Below are positions 1 to 8,920 of a stretch of DNA of 42,805 nt, in pieces. Under the pieces are notes generated by a model that made no database searches, was not told where the DNA came from, and saw only the letters and a program-made list of their open reading frames with translations. The stretch's first letter is position 1. Each line of letters starts with the position of its first letter. The position numbers were made by a program, and so were the translations under genes. Source of the stretch: Escherichia phage Shy. The stretch lies in the sequence record OR996328. One strand, 5' to 3'.

Positions 1-471
1 ATGGAAGACACGAAATCGAAGGCCGCTTATGCGGCTTTTCTTTTACAGGAACGCGACCCGTTCAAGGCCGCTTGCCTGCTATGCCCGGACAACACGGGCC
101 AAGCCCTATGGTATGCAACCAATTGGGCGAACGACGAAGACGTTATCGCAGAAATGAACCGGCTTCGGTCGGACGCGAAGAACGTTCAAGCCATCGCGTC
201 GAAATTCGACCTTGCCCGCTTCTATTGGGATTTGGCGAATAACGAAAAAATCGACCCTAAAGACCGAATCGCCGCCGCTGAAAAGTACGGCGCGGTTGCC
301 GGTATCTACGACCCCAAAGCGAATACGACAACGAATATCAACGTTGACGCGGCCCCGCGTGTCATGGTCGTTAAAGACCACGGCACTAACGACGAATGGG
401 CGCAGAAGGTCGCAAAGCAACAGCGCGAATTGGTGAACGGTCGATATGTCGCTAATACTACCAAACACTAA
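1..471 (+). CDS. putative terminase small subunit
   Basis: 156-aa ORF beginning at window base 1. It lies directly upstream of the large terminase gene and overlaps it by 26 nt. The call is positional; no diagnostic motif was read. An AAGG Shine-Dalgarno at 42793-42796 would sit 9 nt upstream if the window ends are joined. Confidence 0.5.
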   Translation: MEDTKSKAAYAAFLLQERDPFKAACLLCPDNTGQALWYATNWANDEDVIAEMNRLRSDAKNVQAIASKFDLARFYWDLANNEKIDPKDRIAAAEKYGAVAGIYDPKANTTTNINVDAAPRVMVVKDHGTNDEWAQKVAKQQRELVNGRYVANTTKH

Positions 472-2065
472 CCCGGATTCGCCCGAACGCATCATTTGGA
501 CGCCGGAAAACGCCAACGTAATTTGGCAACCGATACCGGATACGTCGCAAGAACTGGCGTTAGATACGCGGGCGCATCATACCCTATACACTGGCGCACG
601 CGGCCCCGGAAAGACCGATACCCAGCTAATGCGATTTCGTCGTCGCGTTGGTTTGGGGTATGGCGTGTTCTGGCGTGGCGTCATATTCGACCGCGAATAT
701 AAGAACCTTGACGACTTAATCAACAAGTCGAAACGTTGGTTTTACGCATTCAAAGACGGCGCAAAGTTTCTTGAATCGGCTTCGTCGCTTAAATGGGTTT
801 GGCCGACCGGCGAAGAACTGTTGTTTCGCGTCGCAAAGAATCCCGACGATTATTGGAACTATCACGGCCAAGAATTCCCGTTTATCGGTTGGAACGAATT
901 AACGAAATATCCGACCGGCGAACTTTACGATATGATGATGTCAACGAACCGAAGTTCGTTTACACCTGAAAAAGATTCGCCGTGTATTGACGGCGACCAT
1001 TACGAAGCGACCGGCGAAATTATCTTCGTTGAACAAGGCCCGGTTTACGAAATCCCGCCGATTCCGTTGGAAGTGTTCAGCACTTGCAACCCATACGGCG
1101 CGGGTCATAATTGGGTTAAACGTCGGTTTATCGACCCGGCACCTTACGGAACTATGGTCGAAAACAGCGTCGAAGTATTCGACCCGAAGACCAAGAAAGA
1201 AATTACCGTTACGAAAACGCAAGTCGCTATCTTCGGTTCGTATGTCGAAAACATTTATCTTTCTCCCGAATACGTTGCCGAACTGAATAGCGAAAAAGAC
1301 GAAAACCGCCGTAAAGCGTGGTTGCTTGGCGATTGGGATATCGTCGCAGGCGGCGCACTCGACGACGTTTGGAATAAACAAACCGTTATCGTTCCCCGGT
1401 TCGTTGTTCCGAAAAGTTGGCGAATCGACCGGTCTTTCGACTGGGGTTCGTCGCATCCGTTTTCGGTTGGCTGGTGGGCCGAAGCTAACGGCGAAGAAGC
1501 GACTATCGTATTTCCCGACGGAACGACGAAGAAGTTTTGCCCGCCCGCTGGTTCGCTTGTTCGTATATTCGAATGGTACGGTACAAAGGAAATCGGAACG
1601 AACAAGGGTCTTAAAATGTCGTCGCGTAAGGTGGCGGAAGGTATCCGCGATATTGAAATCGCATTAATGGCTAATGGCTGGATTCAGTCGCAACCGTGGC
1701 CGGGGCCAGCGGATAACCAGATTCGAAACGTTACGGACGATGAAACGGAAACCATCGAAAAGAAAATGTCGTCGGTTGGTATCCGCTGGACTGAATCGGA
1801 TAAATCGCCGGGTAGTCGTAAAATCGGTCTTGAACTTGTACGCGAACGGTTAGAAGCAACTTCGACCGGCGAACACAAAGGGTTGTATATTATGGACTGT
1901 TGCCGGGCCGCTATTTCGATATTGCCCACATTGCCCCGCGACTCTAAAATACTCGACGACGTGGATACGGATTCCGAAGACCACGTTTACGACGAAGTAC
2001 GTTACCGCGTCCTTGCTGGCAACAACCGGGCCGCAACCGCAATTAAACTTGTTCGACCATCATAA
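446..2065 (+). CDS. terL: terminase large subunit
   Basis: 539 aa. Walker-A-like YTGARGPGKTD sits near the N-terminus. Length and position immediately before the portal gene fit a large terminase. Confidence 0.85.
   Translation: MSLILPNTNPDSPERIIWTPENANVIWQPIPDTSQELALDTRAHHTLYTGARGPGKTDTQLMRFRRRVGLGYGVFWRGVIFDREYKNLDDLINKSKRWFYAFKDGAKFLESASSLKWVWPTGEELLFRVAKNPDDYWNYHGQEFPFIGWNELTKYPTGELYDMMMSTNRSSFTPEKDSPCIDGDHYEATGEIIFVEQGPVYEIPPIPLEVFSTCNPYGAGHNWVKRRFIDPAPYGTMVENSVEVFDPKTKKEITVTKTQVAIFGSYVENIYLSPEYVAELNSEKDENRRKAWLLGDWDIVAGGALDDVWNKQTVIVPRFVVPKSWRIDRSFDWGSSHPFSVGWWAEANGEEATIVFPDGTTKKFCPPAGSLVRIFEWYGTKEIGTNKGLKMSSRKVAEGIRDIEIALMANGWIQSQPWPGPADNQIRNVTDDETETIEKKMSSVGIRWTESDKSPGSRKIGLELVRERLEATSTGEHKGLYIMDCCRAAISILPTLPRDSKILDDVDTDSEDHVYDEVRYRVLAGNNRAATAIKLVRPS
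1923..1930 (-). repeat. TGTGGGCA motif copy (minus strand)
   Basis: The plus strand reads TGCCCACA. The minus-strand context is gcaaTGTGGGCAat, inside terL. Confidence 0.9.
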
Positions 2066-2077
2066 AAGGGGCTTCAA

Positions 2078-3625
2078 ATGCCAAACGTATCGTTTATTCG
2101 CCCGGAACTTGCCGCAGTAATGCCGCTGTACAAAAAGATTCGGGATTGTTTGTCCGGTTCGGACAAAGTAAAGGCGGCCGGTGTCGTCTATTTGCCGATG
2201 CCGAACGAAGCCGATAAGTCGCCGGAAAACATCGCCCGTTACAAGGGCTATAAAGGCCGCGCCGTGTTCTACAACGTCGCACGCCGAACGCTGGCCGGTC
2301 TGTCGGGCCAAGTGTTCGCCCGCGACCCCGTGTCGGAAATTCCCGACGCACTGGATATAGTCGAAACCGACGCAACCGGAACCGGCGTATCGGCCGCACA
2401 ACAAGCTAAACGCCTGTTGAATTACGCACTTGGTTATGCGCGTGGCGGTATTTACGTCGATTATCCGAATACCGGCGAAGAAGGCGCAACCAAGAAAGAA
2501 CTAGACGCCGGGCACCTTCGCCCGACGATTACCGTTTGCGACCCGAATACCGTTGTCAACTGGCGTACAATTCAGGTTGGCGCTAAAACCCTGCTGTCGC
2601 TGGTCGTAATCGCCGAATCTTGGCCGTTCTACGACGACGGCTTCGAAATCAAACACGGTTGCCAATTCCGCGTTATGTCGCTGGAATACGAAGCCGACGA
2701 AAACGGTAACGTTGTCGGCGAAACGAAATACAAAGTCGAAATCTACCGGGAAAAGTCGCCGACGGTTTGGAACGGCGATAACATCCCGAAGAACAAATCG
2801 TTCGAACTGAAAGAAGGCCCGTTTTATCCAACCGGCCCGGACGGTTCGAACATCCAAGAAATCCCGTTTATGTTCGTCGGTTCGGAAAACAACGATACGT
2901 CGGTCGATAACCCGCCGTTCATTGACCTTTGCGAACTGAACTTAGCGCATTACCGCAATTCGGCCGATTACGAAGAAGCGTGTTACGTCATGGGCCAGCC
3001 GACTTACTGGTTCAGCGGTCTTACCGAAGAATGGATGAAAAACGTTCTTGGCGGCCAAATCAAGTTGGGTTCGTGGGGCGGCGTCGCACTTCCGCCGAAT
3101 GCGCAAGGCGGCTTGCTGCAAATGCAGCCGAATACCATGCCGTTCGAAGCAATGGGCCACAAAGAAAACCAAATGGTCGCATTGGGCGCAAAGCTGGTCG
3201 AACAAAAGTCGGTACAACGTACCGCAACCGAAGCGCAACAAGACGAAGCCGCCGAATCGTCGTTCTTGGCCGCAACTGCGAAGAACGTATCGGCCGCGTT
3301 CGAATGGGCCTTCGGCTGGTGCGCGTTCTATATGGGTTTGGACGAATCCAAAATCGTATATCAACTTAACACCGACTTCGACTTGATGAAACTTTCGGCC
3401 GCAGACCGCGCCGAAACTATCAAGGAATGGCAAGGCGGCGCACTTACCTTCGCCGAAATGCGGGCCGTACTTCGTAAAGGTGGCGTCGCCACCGAAGACG
3501 ATGCCGAAGCGAAAAAGAAAATCGACCAAGAACAAGCCGACCAAATCGCGGCCGCTGCAAAGGCTATGGGTGAAGACCCGGCCGCCAGCAATCCGCAGCC
3601 GTCTAATGTGGGCAACGGGGGTTAA
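2078..3625 (+). CDS. portal protein
   Basis: 515 aa, between terminase and the Mu-F-like head morphogenesis gene. SD AAAGGGG lies upstream. The C-terminus is acidic and low-complexity, as in many portals. Confidence 0.75.
   Translation: MPNVSFIRPELAAVMPLYKKIRDCLSGSDKVKAAGVVYLPMPNEADKSPENIARYKGYKGRAVFYNVARRTLAGLSGQVFARDPVSEIPDALDIVETDATGTGVSAAQQAKRLLNYALGYARGGIYVDYPNTGEEGATKKELDAGHLRPTITVCDPNTVVNWRTIQVGAKTLLSLVVIAESWPFYDDGFEIKHGCQFRVMSLEYEADENGNVVGETKYKVEIYREKSPTVWNGDNIPKNKSFELKEGPFYPTGPDGSNIQEIPFMFVGSENNDTSVDNPPFIDLCELNLAHYRNSADYEEACYVMGQPTYWFSGLTEEWMKNVLGGQIKLGSWGGVALPPNAQGGLLQMQPNTMPFEAMGHKENQMVALGAKLVEQKSVQRTATEAQQDEAAESSFLAATAKNVSAAFEWAFGWCAFYMGLDESKIVYQLNTDFDLMKLSAADRAETIKEWQGGALTFAEMRAVLRKGGVATEDDAEAKKKIDQEQADQIAAAAKAMGEDPAASNPQPSNVGNGG
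3607..3614 (+). repeat. TGTGGGCA motif copy
   Basis: ctaaTGTGGGCAac, inside the portal CDS (codons aat gtg ggc aac). Confidence 0.9.
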
Positions 3626-3627
3626 TC

Positions 3628-4728
3628 ATGGCACGCGTATTATTGAATCGGAACCCGCCAAACGCGAAACGTTTGTTCGACGTAATCACGCGCCAACAAA
3701 TCTACGTCGAAGGCGTAAAGCTGTCGGAAGCGAACACGTTTCGCAAAGTGGTTCAAGAACTGTCGGACGAATTCCGCCAACTGTTAAGCCGCTTGCAATA
3801 CAGTACGCTTGACGGAATGACCAAGGCGGAACTTAACCGGTTTATCGTGACGCTTCGTAAATCGCAATCGAAGATTTACAACAAGTACACGCAAGACCTG
3901 TTAGACCAACTTTACGCATTCATGCGAACCGATAAGCGCGTATCGCTTCGCGTTTACGGCGCGTTGGTTTCGGATAGCGACGACGTAACGGAAGACGAAG
4001 CCGACGACCTGTTGCAACAGTCGAAAGACGAATCGTTGTTCGTGCCGCTATTCGGTTGGGCGTCGCTTGCGCGGTCGGAAGACGGCGATTCGCGGTTGTG
4101 GTCTACCATCGCGAACAACCCGATTCCGGCTAACGGCCTGTTGCTTGGCGCGTTTATCGCCGGGTTCAGCAAGTCGGCGCAAGCCGCAGTCGAAAACCTG
4201 ATTCGTCAAGGTTGGGCGAATCAATGGACGGTTAACCAGACCATCGCCGCGATTACGGGCAACCGTGGCGCACTCGACCGCATTTACAGCCAGAACACCG
4301 CAGTAACAGCAACCGTTATTCAGCATATCGCCCAAAGCGTCGGGGCCGCCGTGTCGTCGGCCTTTGCGGGGCGGTATCGTTGGGATTCGATAATCGACAA
4401 TGCGACGACCGAAATTTGCCGGGGGCGTAACCAACGTGTTTACGTCTTCGGAAGGGGGCCACTTCCCCCGGCGCATATTCGGTGCCGTTCGCGCATTACG
4501 CCGATTTTCGGAAACGGCCCGACGGATGGTGACGGAAGCGACGAAACGTTTTATACTTGGTCGCGTCGCCAACCTGAAAGTTTCTTGCGCGACGCATTTA
4601 CGAAAGAAGCGGCCGACGCGCTAACCAGCGGTAAGGCACGCGCAAAAGACTTCACCGAATACCGGGCCGAAAAACCCGTATCGGTTGAACAGTACGCCGA
4701 CAAAGTGTCGGATATTTTGAAACGCTAA
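3628..4728 (+). CDS. head morphogenesis protein (Mu gpF / SPP1 gp7-like)
   Basis: 366 aa. It contains TTEICRGRNQRVYVFGRGPLPPAHIRCRSRITP, which matches the Cys...PP.H..CRC signature of the Phage_Mu_F family. It follows the portal gene. Confidence 0.8.
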   Translation: MARVLLNRNPPNAKRLFDVITRQQIYVEGVKLSEANTFRKVVQELSDEFRQLLSRLQYSTLDGMTKAELNRFIVTLRKSQSKIYNKYTQDLLDQLYAFMRTDKRVSLRVYGALVSDSDDVTEDEADDLLQQSKDESLFVPLFGWASLARSEDGDSRLWSTIANNPIPANGLLLGAFIAGFSKSAQAAVENLIRQGWANQWTVNQTIAAITGNRGALDRIYSQNTAVTATVIQHIAQSVGAAVSSAFAGRYRWDSIIDNATTEICRGRNQRVYVFGRGPLPPAHIRCRSRITPIFGNGPTDGDGSDETFYTWSRRQPESFLRDAFTKEAADALTSGKARAKDFTEYRAEKPVSVEQYADKVSDILKR

Positions 4729-4744
4729 CGAAAGGTAAACCGAA

Positions 4745-5446
4745 ATGGCGCTGAAACTCAAAATCACTAAAGAAGTTTTCGACAAGCTGTCGGATGCCGT
4801 CAAAGCCGAATACTTCGAAAAAGATGGCGAATACCATCTTGACGTTGACGGACTGGAAGATACCGGCGCACTTCGCCGCGCAAAAGACCACGAAGTCAAA
4901 CAGCGTAAAGAAGTCGAAGGCAAGTTGCGCGACGCCGAAGAACAAATCGCAACGCTTACCAGCGAAGTTCAAGGCAACGCCGCCAAGTTCGATAAAGAAC
5001 TGAAAAAGCAACTTGGCGAGAAAGACGGCCAGTTGACGAAGGCGAACGCGTTTATCCAATCGACTTTGGTTGATTCGGTCGCAACCAAAATCGCAACCGA
5101 AATCAGTACCGCCCCGGCGTTGCTGATTCCCCACATTAAGGCCCGTCTTACCGCTGACCTTAGCGGCGACGCCCCGGCTACCAAAGTCCTTGGGGCCGAT
5201 GGTAAACCGTCCGAAACGACCATCGAACAACTTACCGCCGAATTTGTTGCCAACAAGGATTTTTCTGCTATTATCCGGGGTAACAAAGCGTCCGGGGGCG
5301 GTGCCCCTAAGACTGGCGCTTCTGTCAACGGCGGTGCCGGTAAGTTCAACAACGATTCCGACAAACCCGCCGACCTGTCGAAACTGAGTCCCCGCGACCT
5401 TGCGGCCCGGATTCAGGCGCAGAAGGCGGAAGCAAACAACCAGTAA
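4745..5446 (+). CDS. scaffolding protein
   Basis: 233 aa, charged and helical (K/E/A-rich), located immediately upstream of the major capsid gene. Confidence 0.6.
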   Translation: MALKLKITKEVFDKLSDAVKAEYFEKDGEYHLDVDGLEDTGALRRAKDHEVKQRKEVEGKLRDAEEQIATLTSEVQGNAAKFDKELKKQLGEKDGQLTKANAFIQSTLVDSVATKIATEISTAPALLIPHIKARLTADLSGDAPATKVLGADGKPSETTIEQLTAEFVANKDFSAIIRGNKASGGGAPKTGASVNGGAGKFNNDSDKPADLSKLSPRDLAARIQAQKAEANNQ

Positions 5447-5461
5447 TAAGGACGCTATATC

Positions 5462-6430
5462 ATGGCACTTTCCGACCTCGCGGTATATTCCGAATACGCC
5501 TATTCTTCGATGACCGAAGTTCTGGCGCAGCAAATCGAACTGTTCAACGGCGCTTCCGACGGCGTTATCGTTCTGGTTCCGGCCGCGCATCAAGGCGACT
5601 ACTCCGACGAAGCCTTCTTCGCGAAGATTTCCGGTCTGGTTCGCCGCCGTAACGCTTACGGTTCCGGCGCAATCGCACAAAAGACCCTGAAACATCTGGT
5701 CGATACGTCCGTTAAGGTCGCGGCCGGTACTTCCGAAATCCGCCTTGACCCCGGCCAGTTCCGTTGGATTCAACAGAACCCCGAAGTCGCTGGCGCGGCA
5801 CTCGGTCAACAACTGGCGGGCGACCTGCTGGCCGATATGCTGAACACCGCTATCGGTTGCGGTGTTTCGGCCCTGTCGGCGCAATCCGCCGTCGTCAAAG
5901 ACGATTCGACTTCCGACCCGTCTTTCGTCGGCCTGACCGAAGCCGCTGGCCTGTTCGGCGACCGTCAAAACGCCATTCGTGCATGGATTATGCATTCGAC
6001 GCCGGTTACTAAACTGTACGTCAATGCGCTGACCAACGCCGAAAACCTGTTCAAGTACGACACGGTTAACGTTATCCGTGACCCGTTCGGCCGTCTGTTC
6101 GTCGTGACCGACTCGCCGTCGCTGCAATGGTCGGTAACTACCCCGTCCCCGGCTTCCGGCTTTATGTCGCTGGGTCTGGTACAGGGCGGTATCTACGTCG
6201 GTCAAAACAACGACTTCGACGCCGCCGAAACCGTGGCAACCGGTGACGAAAACATCAAACGGACTTACCAAGCCGAATGGTCGTACAACGTCGGTATTCA
6301 GGGCTTCGCATGGGACAAGCCGAACGGCGGCAAATCGCCGACCGATGCGGCGCTGTTCACGGCGTCGAATTGGGATAAGTATTCCACTTCGCACAAAGAC
6401 CTTGCGGGCGTTCTGTACAAGACCAAGTAA
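5462..6430 (+). CDS. major capsid protein
   Basis: 322 aa, follows the scaffold gene. A strong stem-loop terminator/attenuator at 6445-6466 follows it, which is typical of the most abundant virion protein. Confidence 0.7.
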   Translation: MALSDLAVYSEYAYSSMTEVLAQQIELFNGASDGVIVLVPAAHQGDYSDEAFFAKISGLVRRRNAYGSGAIAQKTLKHLVDTSVKVAAGTSEIRLDPGQFRWIQQNPEVAGAALGQQLAGDLLADMLNTAIGCGVSALSAQSAVVKDDSTSDPSFVGLTEAAGLFGDRQNAIRAWIMHSTPVTKLYVNALTNAENLFKYDTVNVIRDPFGRLFVVTDSPSLQWSVTTPSPASGFMSLGLVQGGIYVGQNNDFDAAETVATGDENIKRTYQAEWSYNVGIQGFAWDKPNGGKSPTDAALFTASNWDKYSTSHKDLAGVLYKTK

Positions 6431-6444
6431 GGGCCGCGACGGGG

Positions 6445-6466
6445 CGGGGGCTTCGGCCCCCGTTTT
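6445..6466 (+). terminator. rho-independent terminator/attenuator after capsid gene
   Basis: CGGGGGC (6445-6451), TTCG tetraloop, GCCCCCG (6456-6462), then TTTT (6463-6466). Confidence 0.7.
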
Positions 6467-6493
6467 CGCAACTAACCGACGGGAATTACGGCA

Positions 6494-6991
6494 ATGAATC
6501 TCAAACAACCGAAAATCATTTTCTTTATCGACGGGCCTGTTCCGTCGGAAGCCGAAAAGCTGGACGCTTTCGATTTGGGCGTCCCGGTTCAGTTCCGCAA
6601 CGCGCAACACGTTAGCCGCATCGAAGAAGAATGCGACGGCGTTACCGGTCACGTACCCGAAGCGTACAAAGACCATCCGACGGCCGAAGACGCTTTGAAG
6701 GCGTACAAAGCCGAAGTGAAGAAAGCGCGTGCGAAACTGCTGGAAGTCGGCGGCAAAGCCCCGAAACCGGGCGAATCGACCGAAACCGGTAACAAGACCG
6801 GCGACGGCGACAAAAAGGACGGCCAGCAAGGGGCCGCAGCGGGCCAAGGTGACGCGAACGACGGCAAGGGCGGGCCTACCCCTACCCCGACCGAAGAAGA
6901 CCCCGCCAAGGCCGCCGCAGCCGCCGCAGCGGGCGCACCTGCAACCCCGGCTAAAGGCACCCCGGCCGCTAATGGCTGGAAACAGAACTAA
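6494..6991 (+). CDS. hypothetical head-region protein with A/P/G/T-rich low-complexity tail
   Basis: 165 aa. The first ~55 aa resemble the N-terminus of the next ORF (KIIFFIDGPVPSEAE...RN...CD...VPEAYKD). The C-terminal half is low complexity (GDGDKKDGQQGAAAGQGD...PTPTPTEEDPAKAAAAAAAGAP). Confidence 0.55.
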   Translation: MNLKQPKIIFFIDGPVPSEAEKLDAFDLGVPVQFRNAQHVSRIEEECDGVTGHVPEAYKDHPTAEDALKAYKAEVKKARAKLLEVGGKAPKPGESTETGNKTGDGDKKDGQQGAAAGQGDANDGKGGPTPTPTEEDPAKAAAAAAAGAPATPAKGTPAANGWKQN

Positions 6992-6996
6992 GGCCG

Positions 6997-7032
6997 TGCC
7001 CGATGCCGACGGCTTATTGTGGGCATCGGGCA
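6997..7032. other. 11-bp perfect inverted repeat (hairpin) between head genes
   Basis: TGCCCGATGCC (6997-7007) pairs with GGCATCGGGCA (7022-7032) across a 14-nt loop, with no U-tract. It embeds a TGTGGGCA copy at 7018-7025. Confidence 0.6.
7018..7025 (+). repeat. TGTGGGCA motif copy
   Basis: ttatTGTGGGCAtc, intergenic, within the hairpin at 6997-7032. Confidence 0.9.
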
Positions 7033-7052
7033 ATTGACAAGGAATCTATTCG

Positions 7053-7514
7053 ATGAAAGTTCTTTTCTTTACGTCCGGTGCGGTGCCGACTACCGACGAA
7101 CGAAACGCGATTGCGGCTATCGTCGCCGGTAACGTTGACATTCTGGTTCGCAACGGCGCGGCAAACGCTGAATACGGGGCCGACCGTCTGGAACCGTGCG
7201 ACTACGTTTTCGACAATGCGAACATTCCCGACGCATACGCCGATGTTCCGACGACCGACAACCCGCATATTCCGGCGAACGGCGCTATCGTCACCGACGG
7301 CCAAGCGTTGAACGTTTCGAACAGCGCGGGCGACGCCTTTGTCGCTTCGGCGATTCACGTTGCCGACGGCGTGGCCCAATGGGCGAACCTTCCGGCGACC
7401 CATGCCCTAGCCGTATCCGGTGAACTTACCGGCATCGCGGCAACTGGTACGGGCACCAAAGTAACGCTAACCGTTACCGACGGCAAGATTTCCGCCGTCG
7501 CGCTGTCGGCGTAA
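7053..7514 (+). CDS. hypothetical head-region protein, paralogous N-terminus to 6494-6991
   Basis: 153 aa. The N-terminus MKVLFFTSGAVPTTDE...VRN...CDYV...IPDAYAD aligns with the preceding ORF. The C-terminus is T/G/A/V-rich and looks beta-rich. Confidence 0.55.
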   Translation: MKVLFFTSGAVPTTDERNAIAAIVAGNVDILVRNGAANAEYGADRLEPCDYVFDNANIPDAYADVPTTDNPHIPANGAIVTDGQALNVSNSAGDAFVASAIHVADGVAQWANLPATHALAVSGELTGIAATGTGTKVTLTVTDGKISAVALSA

Positions 7515-7525
7515 GGGGTTCGACT

Positions 7526-8056
7526 ATGGCAATCGAAATTGTCGTCGAAGACGGAACCGGTAAGGCAAACGCCAACAGTTACGTTTCGGTTGCCGACGCC
7601 CGCCAGTATGCCGCGAATCGTGGTGTAACGTTGGGCGACGACGAAGCAATCGCGGCGCAACTGATTAACGCAACCGACTACCTGTTGACGTTCGAATGTG
7701 AATACGTCGGCTATCGCACCAACGACGGGCAAGCCCTTTCGTGGCCGCGTACCGATGCGTATTACGGCGGCGGGTGTTCCGGCAAGTTGATTGCAGCGGC
7801 CGACGAAGTACCGGCACAAATCAAAGCGGCGCAGTGTCAAGCCGTAATCGCGCAGTTCAACGGCATAGAACTTATGCCGAACTATACGGCAAGCGACTTC
7901 GTAACCGAAGAAACTGTCGGCCCGATTACGACCAAGTACGCCGACCCGCTGGCGGTTGGAATGCGCCCGACGCTTTCGGCCGTTGATTCGATGTTAGCCC
8001 CGCTGTTCGGCAAATGCGCCACTAACGGCGGCATGTTGAAAACGGTTCGGGTGTAA
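7526..8056 (+). CDS. head-tail adaptor (gp6/DnaT-like connector family)
   Basis: 176 aa. The N-terminus EDGTGKANANSYVSVADARQYAANRG is the pattern I associate with head-tail connector proteins. Position is between the head and tail genes. Confidence 0.55.
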   Translation: MAIEIVVEDGTGKANANSYVSVADARQYAANRGVTLGDDEAIAAQLINATDYLLTFECEYVGYRTNDGQALSWPRTDAYYGGGCSGKLIAAADEVPAQIKAAQCQAVIAQFNGIELMPNYTASDFVTEETVGPITTKYADPLAVGMRPTLSAVDSMLAPLFGKCATNGGMLKTVRV

Positions 8057-8058
8057 TT

Positions 8059-8448
8059 ATGGGCGTATACGACCGACAAATCGCCACGGCGAAACGGCTT
8101 ATTGCCAAATACGGCGAATCCGTAACTTGGCATTCGGCCCCGCCGTCGCAACCAGCCGACGACGATACGCCTTGGAACGGGACGGACGTTCCGCCAATTG
8201 ACCGGCCGGGGATTAAGGTTGCTTTCTTCCCGACGAATTCCAGCATCGGCCAGCTTATCCGCTTTATGCGGAATAGCGATGTTCCGACGGGTAACGAACT
8301 CGGTTACATGGCACAAGTCCCGTTCGAAGTTTCGTCGTTGGATACGTTGACGCGGGGCGACGGTTCGGTTTACCGAATCAAAAACATCGACCCAATCCGG
8401 CCGAATGGTGAAGGCGTTATCTTGTATACGTTGGAGTTTCAAGAATGA
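8059..8448 (+). CDS. hypothetical neck/head-closure protein
   Basis: 129 aa, tightly packed between the adaptor and the tail-completion gene, overlapping the latter by 4 nt. Positional call only. Confidence 0.45.
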   Translation: MGVYDRQIATAKRLIAKYGESVTWHSAPPSQPADDDTPWNGTDVPPIDRPGIKVAFFPTNSSIGQLIRFMRNSDVPTGNELGYMAQVPFEVSSLDTLTRGDGSVYRIKNIDPIRPNGEGVILYTLEFQE

Positions 8449-8909
8449 CGACGAACTATTCGGATGCGAAAGATTCGATTTACGGCCGCGTGAAAGCGGC
8501 TATCGACGGGCCGGTCGCCGCGCTACTCGGTTACAAAGCCGAAACGCGTTGGCCGTATGTGGCGGAACCGAACAAGCCGAATACCGAAAAGATTTGGTTT
8601 CGCGTTTCGTCGCAGATTGTCGAAGAACAGCAAATCACGCTGTCAACTTGCGAAGGTGCGCCGGGCCAAAAGAAATACGAAACCGTCGGCGTACTTATCG
8701 TTGAAATGTACATGCCGAAGGCCGTTCGCGATTCGGGCGTGAAAGGGGGCAAAGCCGCCGCAATGATTCGGGATGCGTTCCGAAACGCGCCAAGCGGTGA
8801 AGCCGGTATCTTCTATTACCGTGCGCGTATTAATGACGGTATCGCGCCCGAAGAACTGTTTTATCGGTTGAACGTCGTAACCGAATTCGAATACGACGAA
8901 ATTAAATAA
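8445..8909 (+). CDS. tail terminator / tail completion protein
   Basis: 154 aa, immediately upstream of the major tail gene. It resembles DUF4128-type tail terminators by recollection only. Confidence 0.45.
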   Translation: MTTNYSDAKDSIYGRVKAAIDGPVAALLGYKAETRWPYVAEPNKPNTEKIWFRVSSQIVEEQQITLSTCEGAPGQKKYETVGVLIVEMYMPKAVRDSGVKGGKAAAMIRDAFRNAPSGEAGIFYYRARINDGIAPEELFYRLNVVTEFEYDEIK

Positions 8910-8920
8910 GGACTCTCAAA

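Noticed and set aside
1470-1477. One exact E. coli Chi sequence, GCTGGTGG, inside terL.
   Set aside because: A single copy is what chance predicts for an 8-mer in 42.8 kb (about 1.3), and no orientation pattern can be assessed.
4652-7033. 793-aa ORF on the minus strand, antisense to the scaffold, capsid and following genes. Similar long antisense ORFs occur at 8861-9790, 13362-14651, 19712-20659, 20906-21895, 29463-30509 and 36247-37311.
   Set aside because: They have R/G/V/F-rich nonsense-like composition and no SD or plausible start context. Each fully overlaps plus-strand genes that have clear homology-type motifs and tight operon packing. Such antisense ORFs are expected where the sense strand avoids TA-containing codons, so I treat them as a by-product of codon bias.
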